Of a stretch of DNA of 58,451 nt, positions 1 through 8,822 are shown one piece after another. The notes below the pieces were generated by a model that saw nothing but the letters and a program-made list of their open reading frames with translations, searched no databases and was not told the DNA's origin. How positions within the stretch are numbered: the stretch's first letter is position 1; each line of letters begins with the position of its first letter. This DNA is from an uncultured Gammaproteobacteria bacterium (lineage in GTDB: Bacteria > Patescibacteriota > Patescibacteriia > GWA2-47-26): contig CAZHIP010000001.1 in the NCBI GenBank assembly GCA_964532925.1, positions 192,621 to 251,071 of the forward strand, in the 5' to 3' direction. Both the position numbers and the translations under genes were made by a program.

Positions 1-816
1 CATTACGAGATCGAACGACAAACAAAACTTTGGGAGGCAGGGAAGTATCCTGATTTCTCTTCTACGCGTGGCTGGGACGAAGTACAGGGAGTTACTATTT
101 TGCAGCGCTTAAAAGAAAAAGATGCAGACTATCGATTCTTTCCGGAGCCAGACCTTCCGCCGATTAACCTCGAGCAATTGCGCCATGAACTTGCGTCGAC
201 TATTCCAGAACTTCCGATTGCCAAGCAAAAACGCTTTATTGAAGAGTATGGCTTTGCGCCGGCGGACGCCGCTATTTTGGTTGAAGAAAAATACTTGGCC
301 GACTACGCCGAGCACGCGCTTCAAGAGTTGGAATCGTGGGTGCGCTCGACCGACGGTATCGAAGGCGAGGCTGAAGAAAAGTTTGAGAAGAACAAAACCA
401 AACTCGTGAAGCTTGTTTCTGGTTGGATGATCTCGAAACTCTTCGGGCTTATGGAAAAGCACTCGATTGATATTCGCCGGATCAGGATTACGCCTGAGAA
501 CTTTGCGGAGTTTATTACGCTGATTTTTACGAACCAGCTTTCGGGTACGAATGGTCTTATTGTGCTCGAAGAAATGCTTTTGACCGGCGGTGATCCATCA
601 CAAATTATTGAGGAGAAAAAACTTGCTCAAGTATCTGACGAAGAAGAGATTGCTCAGTTGTGCAAAGATGCTATTGAAGCAAACTCTGATGTGGTGGCGA
701 AGCTTAAGGCGGGGAACGACAAAGTGATCATGGTGCTCGTTGGCGCCGTTATCAAATCATCCGGCGGTAAAGCAAATCCGCAACTCGTGCAGAAGATTTT
801 GAAGAAGTTAATCTGA
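1..816 (+). CDS. gatB: Asp/Glu-tRNA(Asn/Gln) amidotransferase subunit B, C-terminal part (5' end lies outside the window)
   Basis: Frame 1 is open from base 1 (HYEIERQTKLWEAG...). It has the DYRFFPEPDLPP motif and a GatB/YqeY-type helical C-terminal tail. Stop TGA at 814-816. Confidence 0.9.
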   Translation, partial: HYEIERQTKLWEAGKYPDFSSTRGWDEVQGVTILQRLKEKDADYRFFPEPDLPPINLEQLRHELASTIPELPIAKQKRFIEEYGFAPADAAILVEEKYLADYAEHALQELESWVRSTDGIEGEAEEKFEKNKTKLVKLVSGWMISKLFGLMEKHSIDIRRIRITPENFAEFITLIFTNQLSGTNGLIVLEEMLLTGGDPSQIIEEKKLAQVSDEEEIAQLCKDAIEANSDVVAKLKAGNDKVIMVLVGAVIKSSGGKANPQLVQKILKKLI

Positions 817-1811
817 TGCCCCGGTTTCTTCCCCGCAAAGATATTCAAGCCTTTATCAATAGCACCTTCCCAGCAAGGAGCTATGTGGTAGAGCCTTTGT
901 CTGGTGGTTTATTGAATCAAAATTTCTTGCTTACTGCTGGTCGCGAGAAGCTTGTATTAAAAGTGTATCGGCCGGAAATGCCATTTGAAAAAGTCGAAGA
1001 AATACACCGGGTCATGCAAGCAGTCGCCAAGAGTAATATTCTTGTTGGGCTACCAGTTAAGTCGGTTGAGTTGGGTGGTTACGCAGTGGCGGTATATCCA
1101 TTCCTAAAAGGGGAAAACCCAAAACGATTTGGTAATACGCCGGCGCGGATTCACGCGATGGGTTCCATGCTTGGTAAGTTGCATGTAGCTTTTGATACCT
1201 TTCATACAGAGATCACTAAGCCTGAACCGTTACAGATTGCATCTTGGGATCCTATTTCTTTCATGGAGAAAATTCATGGCTTAAGAGAGAGAATCGCTGC
1301 GTCCCGGGTGTCACATAAACAGACGTTGGATAAAACCTTGGATTTGTACGAGGAAATAATTGCTCGAGGGGATTGGAGTAAAGAGAAGTTTTTGAAGCTG
1401 CCCATTCAGCTCTGCCACAACGATTATCACACGTACAATATTTTGATGCAGAAGAATCAAATCACAGGTATTTTGGATTGGGAGAAGTTTGGATGGACGT
1501 GGCGGGCTTTTGAGATTATGCGTTCCGTGATTTTTAACTGCCGGAAGACTGAAAAAGATTTTGATTGGAAACTCATAGAGACGTATCTTCGCGCCTATCG
1601 TGAGGAAACGAACGTAAGTGCCCTAACTAGCAAGCTGGCCTTTGATTGTGGGTATCGCAAAATGTTATTTAGCCTTTGGACCATAGAGCAATACGTCGAT
1701 CATGGGCGCAAAGAGCTTTTTGAAAATATTTTACGTCGGGCCTCAATTATCAAGACTATGGCTGATAATTACGATGAATATCCTGAACGGATCGCAGAGC
1801 TTTTGAAATAA
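816..1811 (+). CDS. Phosphotransferase-family kinase (APH/ChoK/homoserine-kinase-II-like fold)
   Basis: 331 aa with the catalytic-loop motif HNDYHTYNIL and the downstream ILDWEKFG motif typical of the aminoglycoside/choline kinase fold. Its ATG overlaps the gatB stop (TGATG). Confidence 0.75.
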   Translation: MPRFLPRKDIQAFINSTFPARSYVVEPLSGGLLNQNFLLTAGREKLVLKVYRPEMPFEKVEEIHRVMQAVAKSNILVGLPVKSVELGGYAVAVYPFLKGENPKRFGNTPARIHAMGSMLGKLHVAFDTFHTEITKPEPLQIASWDPISFMEKIHGLRERIAASRVSHKQTLDKTLDLYEEIIARGDWSKEKFLKLPIQLCHNDYHTYNILMQKNQITGILDWEKFGWTWRAFEIMRSVIFNCRKTEKDFDWKLIETYLRAYREETNVSALTSKLAFDCGYRKMLFSLWTIEQYVDHGRKELFENILRRASIIKTMADNYDEYPERIAELLK

Positions 1812-1830
1812 GCGGAAGAAGGGAAAGAAG

Positions 1831-2730
1831 TTATTTCAAAAAATCAGTTATAAGCTGTTCGGTTTCTTCTTTATTTTTTATCCACTGAAGATTTTTATTT
1901 TTGTTAAACCAGGTCATTTGCCGACGGGCGTAGGCGTGGGTGTTGAATTTGATCTGCTGGATTGTTTCAGCTAGTGAAGTTTTGCCACCAAAATAATCTT
2001 GCCACTCGGCATAGCCAGGACTTTCGGAGGCGGGGAAAGAGAAAAAACTCGGATACTTTTTTAACAGTTCGCGGACTTCATTTTCTAATCCGTCGGTAAT
2101 CATTGCATCGACTCGTTTATCAATCCGCGCGTAGAGTTCGTCGCGTTCTACGTTGATGCCGAGCTCTAATGTTTCAAACAGTTGAGGGCCTTTTTTCTGT
2201 GCTTCATCAAGTGGTAATCCTGTGGCCATAACAATCTCGAGCGCGCGGATAAGCCGCCGAGGGTTTTTGAAATCAATATCTGCATTCGGGTCGAGTGCGC
2301 GGAGTTTGTCACCCCATGTCTTGAGTGCTTGTTCTTTTGATGTCACGTACTCGCATTCAAATGTGGCGCGCAGTTCTTCGTTGGGCGCTACGGCGGGAAT
2401 CTCCAAGTTTTCAGCAACAGACCGAATATAGAGACCCGTACCACCGACGAGCATCGGGGTTTTTCCTGCATGGTGAATTTCTTGTATGGCGGAAAGTGTC
2501 AACTTCTTCCAGTGCGCCACGGTAAAGTCTTCGTCGGGCTCGACTACATTAAACAGATAATGGGGGACGCCGCCGAGTTCTGTTGGTTTGCCGGTACCAA
2601 TGTTCATGCCTATATACACTTGTCGTGAATCAGCAGAAATAATCGCGCCGTTGATTTTTTTGGCGAGTTCAATGGCGAGGTCAGTTTTTCCGCTGGCAGT
2701 TGGGCCAGTTATCACCAGGAGTTTTTGCAT
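1831..2730 (-). CDS. miaA: tRNA dimethylallyltransferase
   Basis: 299 aa with an N-terminal P-loop (ITGPTASGKT). The IPP-transferase layout holds throughout (SADSRQVY, LVGGTGLY). Confidence 0.9.
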   Translation of the reverse strand: MQKLLVITGPTASGKTDLAIELAKKINGAIISADSRQVYIGMNIGTGKPTELGGVPHYLFNVVEPDEDFTVAHWKKLTLSAIQEIHHAGKTPMLVGGTGLYIRSVAENLEIPAVAPNEELRATFECEYVTSKEQALKTWGDKLRALDPNADIDFKNPRRLIRALEIVMATGLPLDEAQKKGPQLFETLELGINVERDELYARIDKRVDAMITDGLENEVRELLKKYPSFFSFPASESPGYAEWQDYFGGKTSLAETIQQIKFNTHAYARRQMTWFNKNKNLQWIKNKEETEQLITDFLK

Positions 2731-2736
2731 AGCGCA

Positions 2737-2745
2737 TGTTACAAT
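2737..2745 (+). promoter_or_regulatory. Extended -10 box TGtTACAAT
   Basis: TGTTACAAT sits 43 nt upstream of ATG 2788. This argues against the longer ORF-track start at 2725. Confidence 0.45.
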
Positions 2746-2787
2746 AGAAGCACGTTACTACATTTTCTAAATTATTTCATCTTTTCT

Positions 2788-4227
2788 ATGCCCGCTCGCG
2801 CTGAACGTCATGTATCAGAACCATCGGTTATTATTGATGTACCTGAGGCGGGGAAAGTTCTCACGTTTCCCCCTCGTCCAGATCGACGCAAACCCGGGAA
2901 ATCTGCTGCGGATTCACCTTCTCCAGAAGAGATGGTCGCAGGCTTTGAAGAGGATCGCAAGAAACGTGGGCTACCATTGACTACTCAGATCGAGACACAA
3001 GAGGCACCTGCTAAGGAAACAGGGAAGCCACCAAAGCCGACGCGATTTCAACTTGAGCAGAGTATTGCACAGCAAAAGATGAGAGAAGAAAAGAAAGCTA
3101 AGGCGAAAAAACAGGAGGTCATTGATGAGCCAATTATTGAATTAGTCGACGCTGTTGAAGAGACTCAAGAAGAACGGGCTCTTTCGCAATTACGTGAAGG
3201 TGCGGCGCGAGCCAGACGACATACGTCTGAGACAGCGGCCGCTATAAAGGCTGTGGGGAAAAAGAGGAGTGCGATAGAAGTAAAAGATGAAGAAGATGCT
3301 TTGATTTCCCATATTAACACTCGTGTTTCGCGCAAAAAAATACCTAGCACCGACGAACTCGAGACAACTTTTTTGGCTAGTGGTGAAAAAGAAAGTTTTG
3401 AAAACAAGGCACGGCATCGGAAAATACTTACAGAAGAAAAGAGCGCCTCTCAAATGAAATCAGAGGCTGACCGCATCGCTGCAGAAGCATTGCGGAAACA
3501 AATTACCGAGTTGGTGGAAGTAAAACCGACCAAACGTTGGCCGGATGAAGAATCACTGCCTCAGAAAAATCCAATAAAGGACGAAGTAATTCGTAGGGGG
3601 TATAGAGGCGATGATATTTCTGTTGAGAAGCGCGGTATTGGTCTGCGTGAAAAAGAATGGTTTGCGCAAGGTGAAGACACTGAAAAACAGGTTGAAAAAA
3701 AGCCGCGCAAAGAAAAAGAAGTTGCGGAAAAGCCTGGTTTCTGGAAGCGTGCGGGTGGGTTTTTTAAGAGTCTTTTTGGTGGATCGGCGAAGTCTGATCA
3801 GTCAGGGCTTGATGATTTGCTGAAATCCATGGTGGTGCCGGATACAAAGAATCCAATACTTACCGAGGTAAGACCGGGCACAATGAACGAGTCTGGGGTC
3901 GAACAGCTTGAGCCGGTGAGTATGAGTGCTGTTCTTGATCTCTGGAACAAAGATTACGCTAAACGTGGAGTTCGCTTGGTACTCGACAAGATGCCTGGCG
4001 ATGGCCGTAATATGGTAAACAACTCTGTTCTTGATATCGTGAGCCGTCTTAAGCAGCGACTCGATGTGCAGCTGCTCAAGAATAAGAATAATGTGAGTGA
4101 TTACGAATACAATGCCAACATCAAGTCATTGCTTGATGATTTGGCCACTGAGTTAGTTCGAAAAGGTAAGGGAGCGCTTGCGTATAAGCAACGGTCTTAT
4201 CCTAAATTTCCCGAGAAATCAAGGTAA
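2788..4227 (+). CDS. Hypothetical K/E/R-rich, probably largely disordered protein
   Basis: Long ORF with low-complexity charged sequence, no TM segment and no recognisable catalytic motif. Start chosen at ATG 2788, downstream of the -10 box. A hairpin at about 4253-4275 follows the stop. Confidence 0.65.
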   Translation: MPARAERHVSEPSVIIDVPEAGKVLTFPPRPDRRKPGKSAADSPSPEEMVAGFEEDRKKRGLPLTTQIETQEAPAKETGKPPKPTRFQLEQSIAQQKMREEKKAKAKKQEVIDEPIIELVDAVEETQEERALSQLREGAARARRHTSETAAAIKAVGKKRSAIEVKDEEDALISHINTRVSRKKIPSTDELETTFLASGEKESFENKARHRKILTEEKSASQMKSEADRIAAEALRKQITELVEVKPTKRWPDEESLPQKNPIKDEVIRRGYRGDDISVEKRGIGLREKEWFAQGEDTEKQVEKKPRKEKEVAEKPGFWKRAGGFFKSLFGGSAKSDQSGLDDLLKSMVVPDTKNPILTEVRPGTMNESGVEQLEPVSMSAVLDLWNKDYAKRGVRLVLDKMPGDGRNMVNNSVLDIVSRLKQRLDVQLLKNKNNVSDYEYNANIKSLLDDLATELVRKGKGALAYKQRSYPKFPEKSR

Positions 4228-4325
4228 TAGCGAGTAGGATAGGTTGAACAAATGCCCCTTGCAGCGCAGGGGGCTTTGCATTACAATGAGGGACTTAATG
4301 CAATATTCCCACAAAATACACTCAC

Positions 4326-6404
4326 ATGAAACGGACTATTGGGTCATTTTTACAGAGAATCGGGCGTTGTCTTTTTCAGCCATCAGCATACGGCAAAACA
4401 CGCCGTGGTGTGGTTTTGATTGTTGTAGTTGCGCTATTATTGGGGGTATATGTTGCGCCAGGTACATGGAACAAGGTTGTATCTGGGGTGAATGGTCAGA
4501 CTGCGAAAGTCGCTTGGCTTACATGGCTCAAGCTGCCAAACAGGTCGGAATCTCCTTTCCGTCTTGGTTTGGATTTGCAAGGTGGCGCACATTTGGTATA
4601 TGAAGCAGATATTAAAAATATCGCATCTGGCGATCAGCGAGAATCTGTCGAAGGGGTTCGTGACGTGATCGAGCGTCGCGTAAACGCGTTCGGTGTCGCA
4701 GAGCCTATCGTGCAAACCTCGAACTCTGGTGGGGCATGGAAGGTTATTGTCGAGCTTGCCGGTATCAAAGATATTCGTCAGGCAATTAAGATGATTGGAG
4801 AGACACCAGTACTTGAGTTTAAAGAAGAAGGAACGGTGACGACTCGTCAGCTCACGGCCGCTGAACAAAAAGAGAAGACTGATTACAATACAAAGGCTCT
4901 GCAGCGCACGAAGGATGTCATCAAGGAGATGAAGGCGCAAAAGGAAATCGATTTTTTTGGACTTGCAAAGAAGTATTCAGAAGACATGGCGAGTAAGGAT
5001 ATTGGTGGATCCTTAGGGTTTATTTCTCGCTTTAGCCCGTATCGCACCTTGTGGGAGTGGGCTGACAAAAATGGTGCAGGAAAGATTAGCCTTGATCCCA
5101 TCGAGACCGATGAAGGATATGAAATCGTAAGTATTGCTGAGGCGCGCGCAGCCGGAAAAGAGGTAAAGGCTGAGCATATTCTGGTGTGCTACAAGGGCGC
5201 ACAAGGTTGTGAAAAAGAAACATCAAAAGACGATGCAAAAAAACAAATAGAAGAGATTGCAAAACAGGCAACCTCAAAGAATTTTGCTGAATTGATCCTG
5301 AAGCATTCAACTGACCCAACGGTTACAACATCAAAAGGTGATCTCGGGTGGTTTAGTGCTGGCATGATGGTGAAGCCGTTTGAAGATGCGGTATTCGCGC
5401 AGAAAGTGGATACCATTTCGGGCGTTGTTGAAACGCCGTTTGGATTTCATTTGATCCATAAAACGGGTGAACGTGATCAGAAAGAATATCAAGTTGCGCG
5501 TATTTTGTTGAAGAAAAAAACAGATAGCGATTTCTTGCCGCCAGCTGAACCATGGAAGACCACTGGGCTTTCGGGCAAACAGTTACAACGTGCAGTGCTC
5601 GAGTTTGACCAGCGGACGAGTGAGCCTGGTGTTTCGCTCGAATTTAACGATGAAGGCAAGCAGTTGTTTGGAGATATTACTCGTCGCAATGTTGGCAAGA
5701 CTGTTGCCATTATGCTTGATGGCCAACCCATTTCAGTACCGCGCGTCAACGAGGCAATTACTGAAGGTAAAGCTCGTATCTCTGGTAACTTTACCGTGCT
5801 CGAAGGCAAGACGTTGGTGCAGCGATTAAACGCTGGTGCGCTTCCAGTGCCAATCAATTTGGTTTCCCAGCAAACCATCGGTGCAAGTCTTGGTGAGCAG
5901 GCGGTGAAGGATTCACTGAAGGCGGGGATGGTCGGTTTTGCCCTCGTTGCTTTGTTTATGATCCTTTACTATCGCATGAGCGGTCTGCTTGCGGTGTTGG
6001 CACTTGTGTTTTATGTGCTTATTAACATGACGCTGTTTAAGTGGCTGCCAGTTACGTTGACACTTGCCGGTATCGCAGGCTTTATCCTTTCGCTAGGTAT
6101 TGCCGTTGACGCGAATGTGCTTATCTTTGAACGCATGAAAGAAGAGTTGCGTGCAGGTAAAGACATTGAAACCGCGATTGTTGATGGTTACAAGCGATCA
6201 TGGCCTTCGATTCGTGATGGGAACGTCACCACATTATTTGGAGCGCTTATCCTCTTCTGGTTTGCGACGAGTTCAGTGAAAGGGTTTGGCTTGACGTTGA
6301 CCATCGGTATTCTTATTTCACTCTTCACCGCTATGGTAGTCAGTCGTACGTTTTTGCGTCTCGCGGGGCGAACCGTAAAAAATCGTTGGTGGTATGGCGC
6401 CTAA
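4326..6404 (+). CDS. secD: Protein translocase subunit SecD with inserted parvulin-type PPIase domain(s)
   Basis: N-terminal TM segment. SecD P1 motifs LGLDLQGGAHLVYEA and GETPVLEFKEE. C-terminal multi-TM block (AGIAGFILSLGIAVDANVLIFERMKEE). Internal PpiC/parvulin signature KGDLGWFSAGMMVKPFEDAVF...GVVETPFGFHLIHK. Confidence 0.9.
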   Translation: MKRTIGSFLQRIGRCLFQPSAYGKTRRGVVLIVVVALLLGVYVAPGTWNKVVSGVNGQTAKVAWLTWLKLPNRSESPFRLGLDLQGGAHLVYEADIKNIASGDQRESVEGVRDVIERRVNAFGVAEPIVQTSNSGGAWKVIVELAGIKDIRQAIKMIGETPVLEFKEEGTVTTRQLTAAEQKEKTDYNTKALQRTKDVIKEMKAQKEIDFFGLAKKYSEDMASKDIGGSLGFISRFSPYRTLWEWADKNGAGKISLDPIETDEGYEIVSIAEARAAGKEVKAEHILVCYKGAQGCEKETSKDDAKKQIEEIAKQATSKNFAELILKHSTDPTVTTSKGDLGWFSAGMMVKPFEDAVFAQKVDTISGVVETPFGFHLIHKTGERDQKEYQVARILLKKKTDSDFLPPAEPWKTTGLSGKQLQRAVLEFDQRTSEPGVSLEFNDEGKQLFGDITRRNVGKTVAIMLDGQPISVPRVNEAITEGKARISGNFTVLEGKTLVQRLNAGALPVPINLVSQQTIGASLGEQAVKDSLKAGMVGFALVALFMILYYRMSGLLAVLALVFYVLINMTLFKWLPVTLTLAGIAGFILSLGIAVDANVLIFERMKEELRAGKDIETAIVDGYKRSWPSIRDGNVTTLFGALILFWFATSSVKGFGLTLTIGILISLFTAMVVSRTFLRLAGRTVKNRWWYGA

Positions 6405-6440
6405 TCGAGGCTCCTTCATCTCCTAGAACCCATACTTTCT

Positions 6441-7322
6441 ATGAAAATAATCCAAAATCGAAAATACTGGCTTGCGTTTTCAGCGGTGATGTTTATCTCG
6501 GGCATTGTGGCGCTCTCCGCTTGGGGGCTACGTCTTGGTGCTGACTTTACTGGTGGCTCACTGCTTGAAGTACGTATTGCCGATGCCCCATCACTCGCCA
6601 GCGTTCAGAGTGTTGCTACTGGTGTTCGCAAGGATATCACTGTGCAAGAACTCAGCAACACGTTTGTATTAAAATCGCCCACACTCACCGAGGTTGAGCA
6701 TCAGCAGCTCGTCGATGCGATCAAGAAACAGTTCCCGAAGGCTGAAGAAATTCGTTTTGATTCTATTGGCCCCGTCATTGGCCAGGAGATTAAATCAAAG
6801 TCGATTATGGCCGTCGCTCTTGTGACCCTGATGGTGCTCTGTTATATCGCATGGTCGTTCCGTAAAATTGCTGGACCTGTGTCTCCGTGGGTCTATGGTG
6901 CCATTGTGGTATTTACCTTTGTGCACGACGTGATGATTCCGCTCGGAATTATTGCGGTATACACGCATTATGCCAACATCGAGATTACCAGCGCATTTAT
7001 CGCCGCAGTTCTCACGATTTTAGGCTATTCTATCAACGATACTATCGTGGTGTTCGATCGTGTTCGAGAGAATGTTCGCAAGCTCAAAGGCAATTTTGAA
7101 GAGGTAGTAGAAGCGTCTGTGCACCAGAGCGTATCGCGTTCCATTAATACGTCGGTCACAACACTCTTGGCGTTGACTTCCATTTATCTCTTTGGTGGTG
7201 AGAGCTTGCATGTCTTCGCACTCACGTTGATCCTTGGTATTATCTTCGGCACATACTCCTCAATCTTTGTTGCAAGCCCGATGCTTGTCGTATGGTACAA
7301 TTGGAAACGAAAGCGCTCATAA
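6441..7322 (+). CDS. secF: Protein translocase subunit SecF
   Basis: 293 aa immediately after secD. It has the GADFTGGS motif, a six-TM layout and YSINDTIVVFDRVREN. Confidence 0.9.
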   Translation: MKIIQNRKYWLAFSAVMFISGIVALSAWGLRLGADFTGGSLLEVRIADAPSLASVQSVATGVRKDITVQELSNTFVLKSPTLTEVEHQQLVDAIKKQFPKAEEIRFDSIGPVIGQEIKSKSIMAVALVTLMVLCYIAWSFRKIAGPVSPWVYGAIVVFTFVHDVMIPLGIIAVYTHYANIEITSAFIAAVLTILGYSINDTIVVFDRVRENVRKLKGNFEEVVEASVHQSVSRSINTSVTTLLALTSIYLFGGESLHVFALTLILGIIFGTYSSIFVASPMLVVWYNWKRKRS

Positions 7323-7346
7323 CTTAATCTCTAACAGATCAACGAT

Positions 7347-7622
7347 ATGGGAAAGACATTTCGTACTGCCATGCTTGCCGCTGTAGGTGCCTATTTGGTA
7401 ACTCAAAAAAAGGCCAAGAAAGTTGTTGATGAGTTGGTTCAGGAAGGGAAGACGTCCAAAGACGAAACAGCGAATCATATGAAAGAGTTTATTGCCAAGG
7501 CTGATGCCTGGCAGGAGGAAATGAGCGTGATGGTTGAGAAGACAGTAAAAAAAGTTCTCAAAGACCTCGATCTTCCGAGTCGCAAAGAACTTGAACAGAT
7601 TGCAAAAAAATTGAAGAAATAA
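7347..7622 (+). CDS. Small helical, phasin-like protein (hypothetical)
   Basis: 91 aa, lysine/glutamate-rich and helical, with a C-terminal LPSRKELEQIAKKL motif resembling phasin/PHA-granule regulator-like small proteins. A terminator follows. Confidence 0.6.
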   Translation: MGKTFRTAMLAAVGAYLVTQKKAKKVVDELVQEGKTSKDETANHMKEFIAKADAWQEEMSVMVEKTVKKVLKDLDLPSRKELEQIAKKLKK

Positions 7623-7631
7623 AAGATAAAA

Positions 7632-7651
7632 AGACCCGCGAGGGTCTTTTT
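7632..7651. terminator. Rho-independent terminator, possibly bidirectional
   Basis: AGACCC-GCGA-GGGTCT hairpin followed by TTTT and preceded by an A-run. It lies between the convergent small CDS and tRNA-Gln. Confidence 0.7.
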
Positions 7652-7667
7652 GCTATCAGCTACATTC

Positions 7668-7738
7668 CTCGGGGACTAGGATTCGAACCTAGATAAACAG
7701 ATTCAGAGTCTGTTGTCCTGCCGTTAGACGATCCCCGA
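7668..7738 (-). tRNA. tRNA-Gln (anticodon CTG)
   Basis: Hand-folded 71-nt cloverleaf: acceptor TCGGGGA/TCCCCGA, D stem GTCT/GGAC, anticodon stem ACAGA/TCTGT with loop CTCTGAA, T arm CTAGG-TTCGAAT-CCTAG. CCA is not encoded. Confidence 0.85.
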
Positions 7739-7805
7739 GGAGTGCATCCGATTTAGAAAGGCTAGTTTAGCAGAAACAGCTCCACCAGTAAACCCCGGCT
7801 ATTCG

Positions 7806-7814
7806 TGATACAAT
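7806..7814 (+). promoter_or_regulatory. Extended -10 box TGaTACAAT
   Basis: It lies within the 15-mer GTGATACAATAATGG, which recurs at 34434-34448. It ends 10 nt before ATG 7824, so the mRNA would be near-leaderless. Confidence 0.5.
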
Positions 7815-7823
7815 AATGGTAAT

Positions 7824-8249
7824 ATGGTATGCAAGTTTTGTTCGAAAGGAGATGGGGGATTCAGTATCGTAAAAGAAACTGCCACCGTGGTGGTTGCCTT
7901 GGCAAACCCGCGCCTGGTTCCGGGGCATTTAATCATTTTTCCCAAAGAACACGTAGCGCGATTAGGTGAATTGGCGTGGGAGCCACGATCGGAACTTCTG
8001 GAGACTGTTGTGGAGTTTCAGGAAAAAATTATGGATCGTTTGGCCTCTGGGTGTGATATCCGCTACGGATCACTTCCGACGCTACCTGCTCACGGAAAAG
8101 GTGCGGAACATACTCACGTCCATTTATACCCCCGAGAGGTGAATGATGAGTTATTTTGTCGCTCGCAGGTTTTTGAGCTGGCACTTCTTTCTGCACCAAC
8201 AGTAGATGAGCAGGTGACGATTCCACGGCTTTTGAAGGATGTAAAATAA
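7824..8249 (+). CDS. HIT-family (histidine triad) hydrolase
   Basis: 141 aa with the histidine-triad motif HTHVHLYP near the C-terminus and an N-terminal CxxC. Confidence 0.8.
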   Translation: MVCKFCSKGDGGFSIVKETATVVVALANPRLVPGHLIIFPKEHVARLGELAWEPRSELLETVVEFQEKIMDRLASGCDIRYGSLPTLPAHGKGAEHTHVHLYPREVNDELFCRSQVFELALLSAPTVDEQVTIPRLLKDVK

Positions 8250-8416
8250 GCGAATTTTTGGCAAATCGGTTGCGCGGAGGGGGTATCCGTGATAGCCTTT
8301 GGGTAACGGTTCTAGTGCGAACACCATGTTAGAAGAATCGTGCAAATTCATAATTCTTTACTTTGTTTGCGGAAGTCAGGTCGTGTTCGGACCAATTTCG
8401 CATCATCAAGTCCAAC

Positions 8417-8689
8417 ATGGCAAAGAAGCTTTTCGTTGGTGGTCTCCCGTACGCAACTCGGGACGAAGAACTCAAAGAGTTCTTTGCAGCAGCAGGCACA
8501 GTCGCCTCTGCACAGGTCATCATGGATAAGTTCTCTGGCCGCTCCAAGGGCTTCGGCTTCGTAGAGATGTCGAGCGACGAGGAGGCGGACAAAGCTGTTG
8601 CAACGTTGAATGGCGCCTCTATGGGTGGCCGCACAATCGTTGTCAGCGAAGCCCGTCCTCGCGAGGAGCGTCCACGAGGGAACTACTAA
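8417..8689 (+). CDS. RRM-type RNA-binding protein
   Basis: 90 aa from ATG 8417. RNP2 motif LFVGGL and RNP1 motif KGFGFVEM. The ORF-track extension from 8363 was rejected. A long hairpin at 8711-8744 follows. Confidence 0.9.
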   Translation: MAKKLFVGGLPYATRDEELKEFFAAAGTVASAQVIMDKFSGRSKGFGFVEMSSDEEADKAVATLNGASMGGRTIVVSEARPREERPRGNY

Positions 8690-8822
8690 TCCGAATCATT
8701 CCATTTCGGAACTACACAACCCCGCGCAAGTGGGGTTTTGTAGTTCTTGCGATCTGGTCTTCGCGTGCAGTTTTTTATGAAAGTGCGGTATACTATATCT
8801 CAATTCATTATTTTTTTATCGT

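Noticed and set aside
2725-2787. Upstream ATG start overlapping the miaA start
   Set aside because: It lies upstream of the TGtTACAAT -10 box and encodes a Cys/His/Tyr-rich stretch unlike the rest of the protein. ATG 2788 is preferred.
7742-7751. 10-mer GTGCATCCGA shared between the tRNA-Gln upstream flank and 16430-16439
   Set aside because: A single 10-nt match between two sites in 58 kb (both strands) is within chance expectation, and there is no extended similarity.
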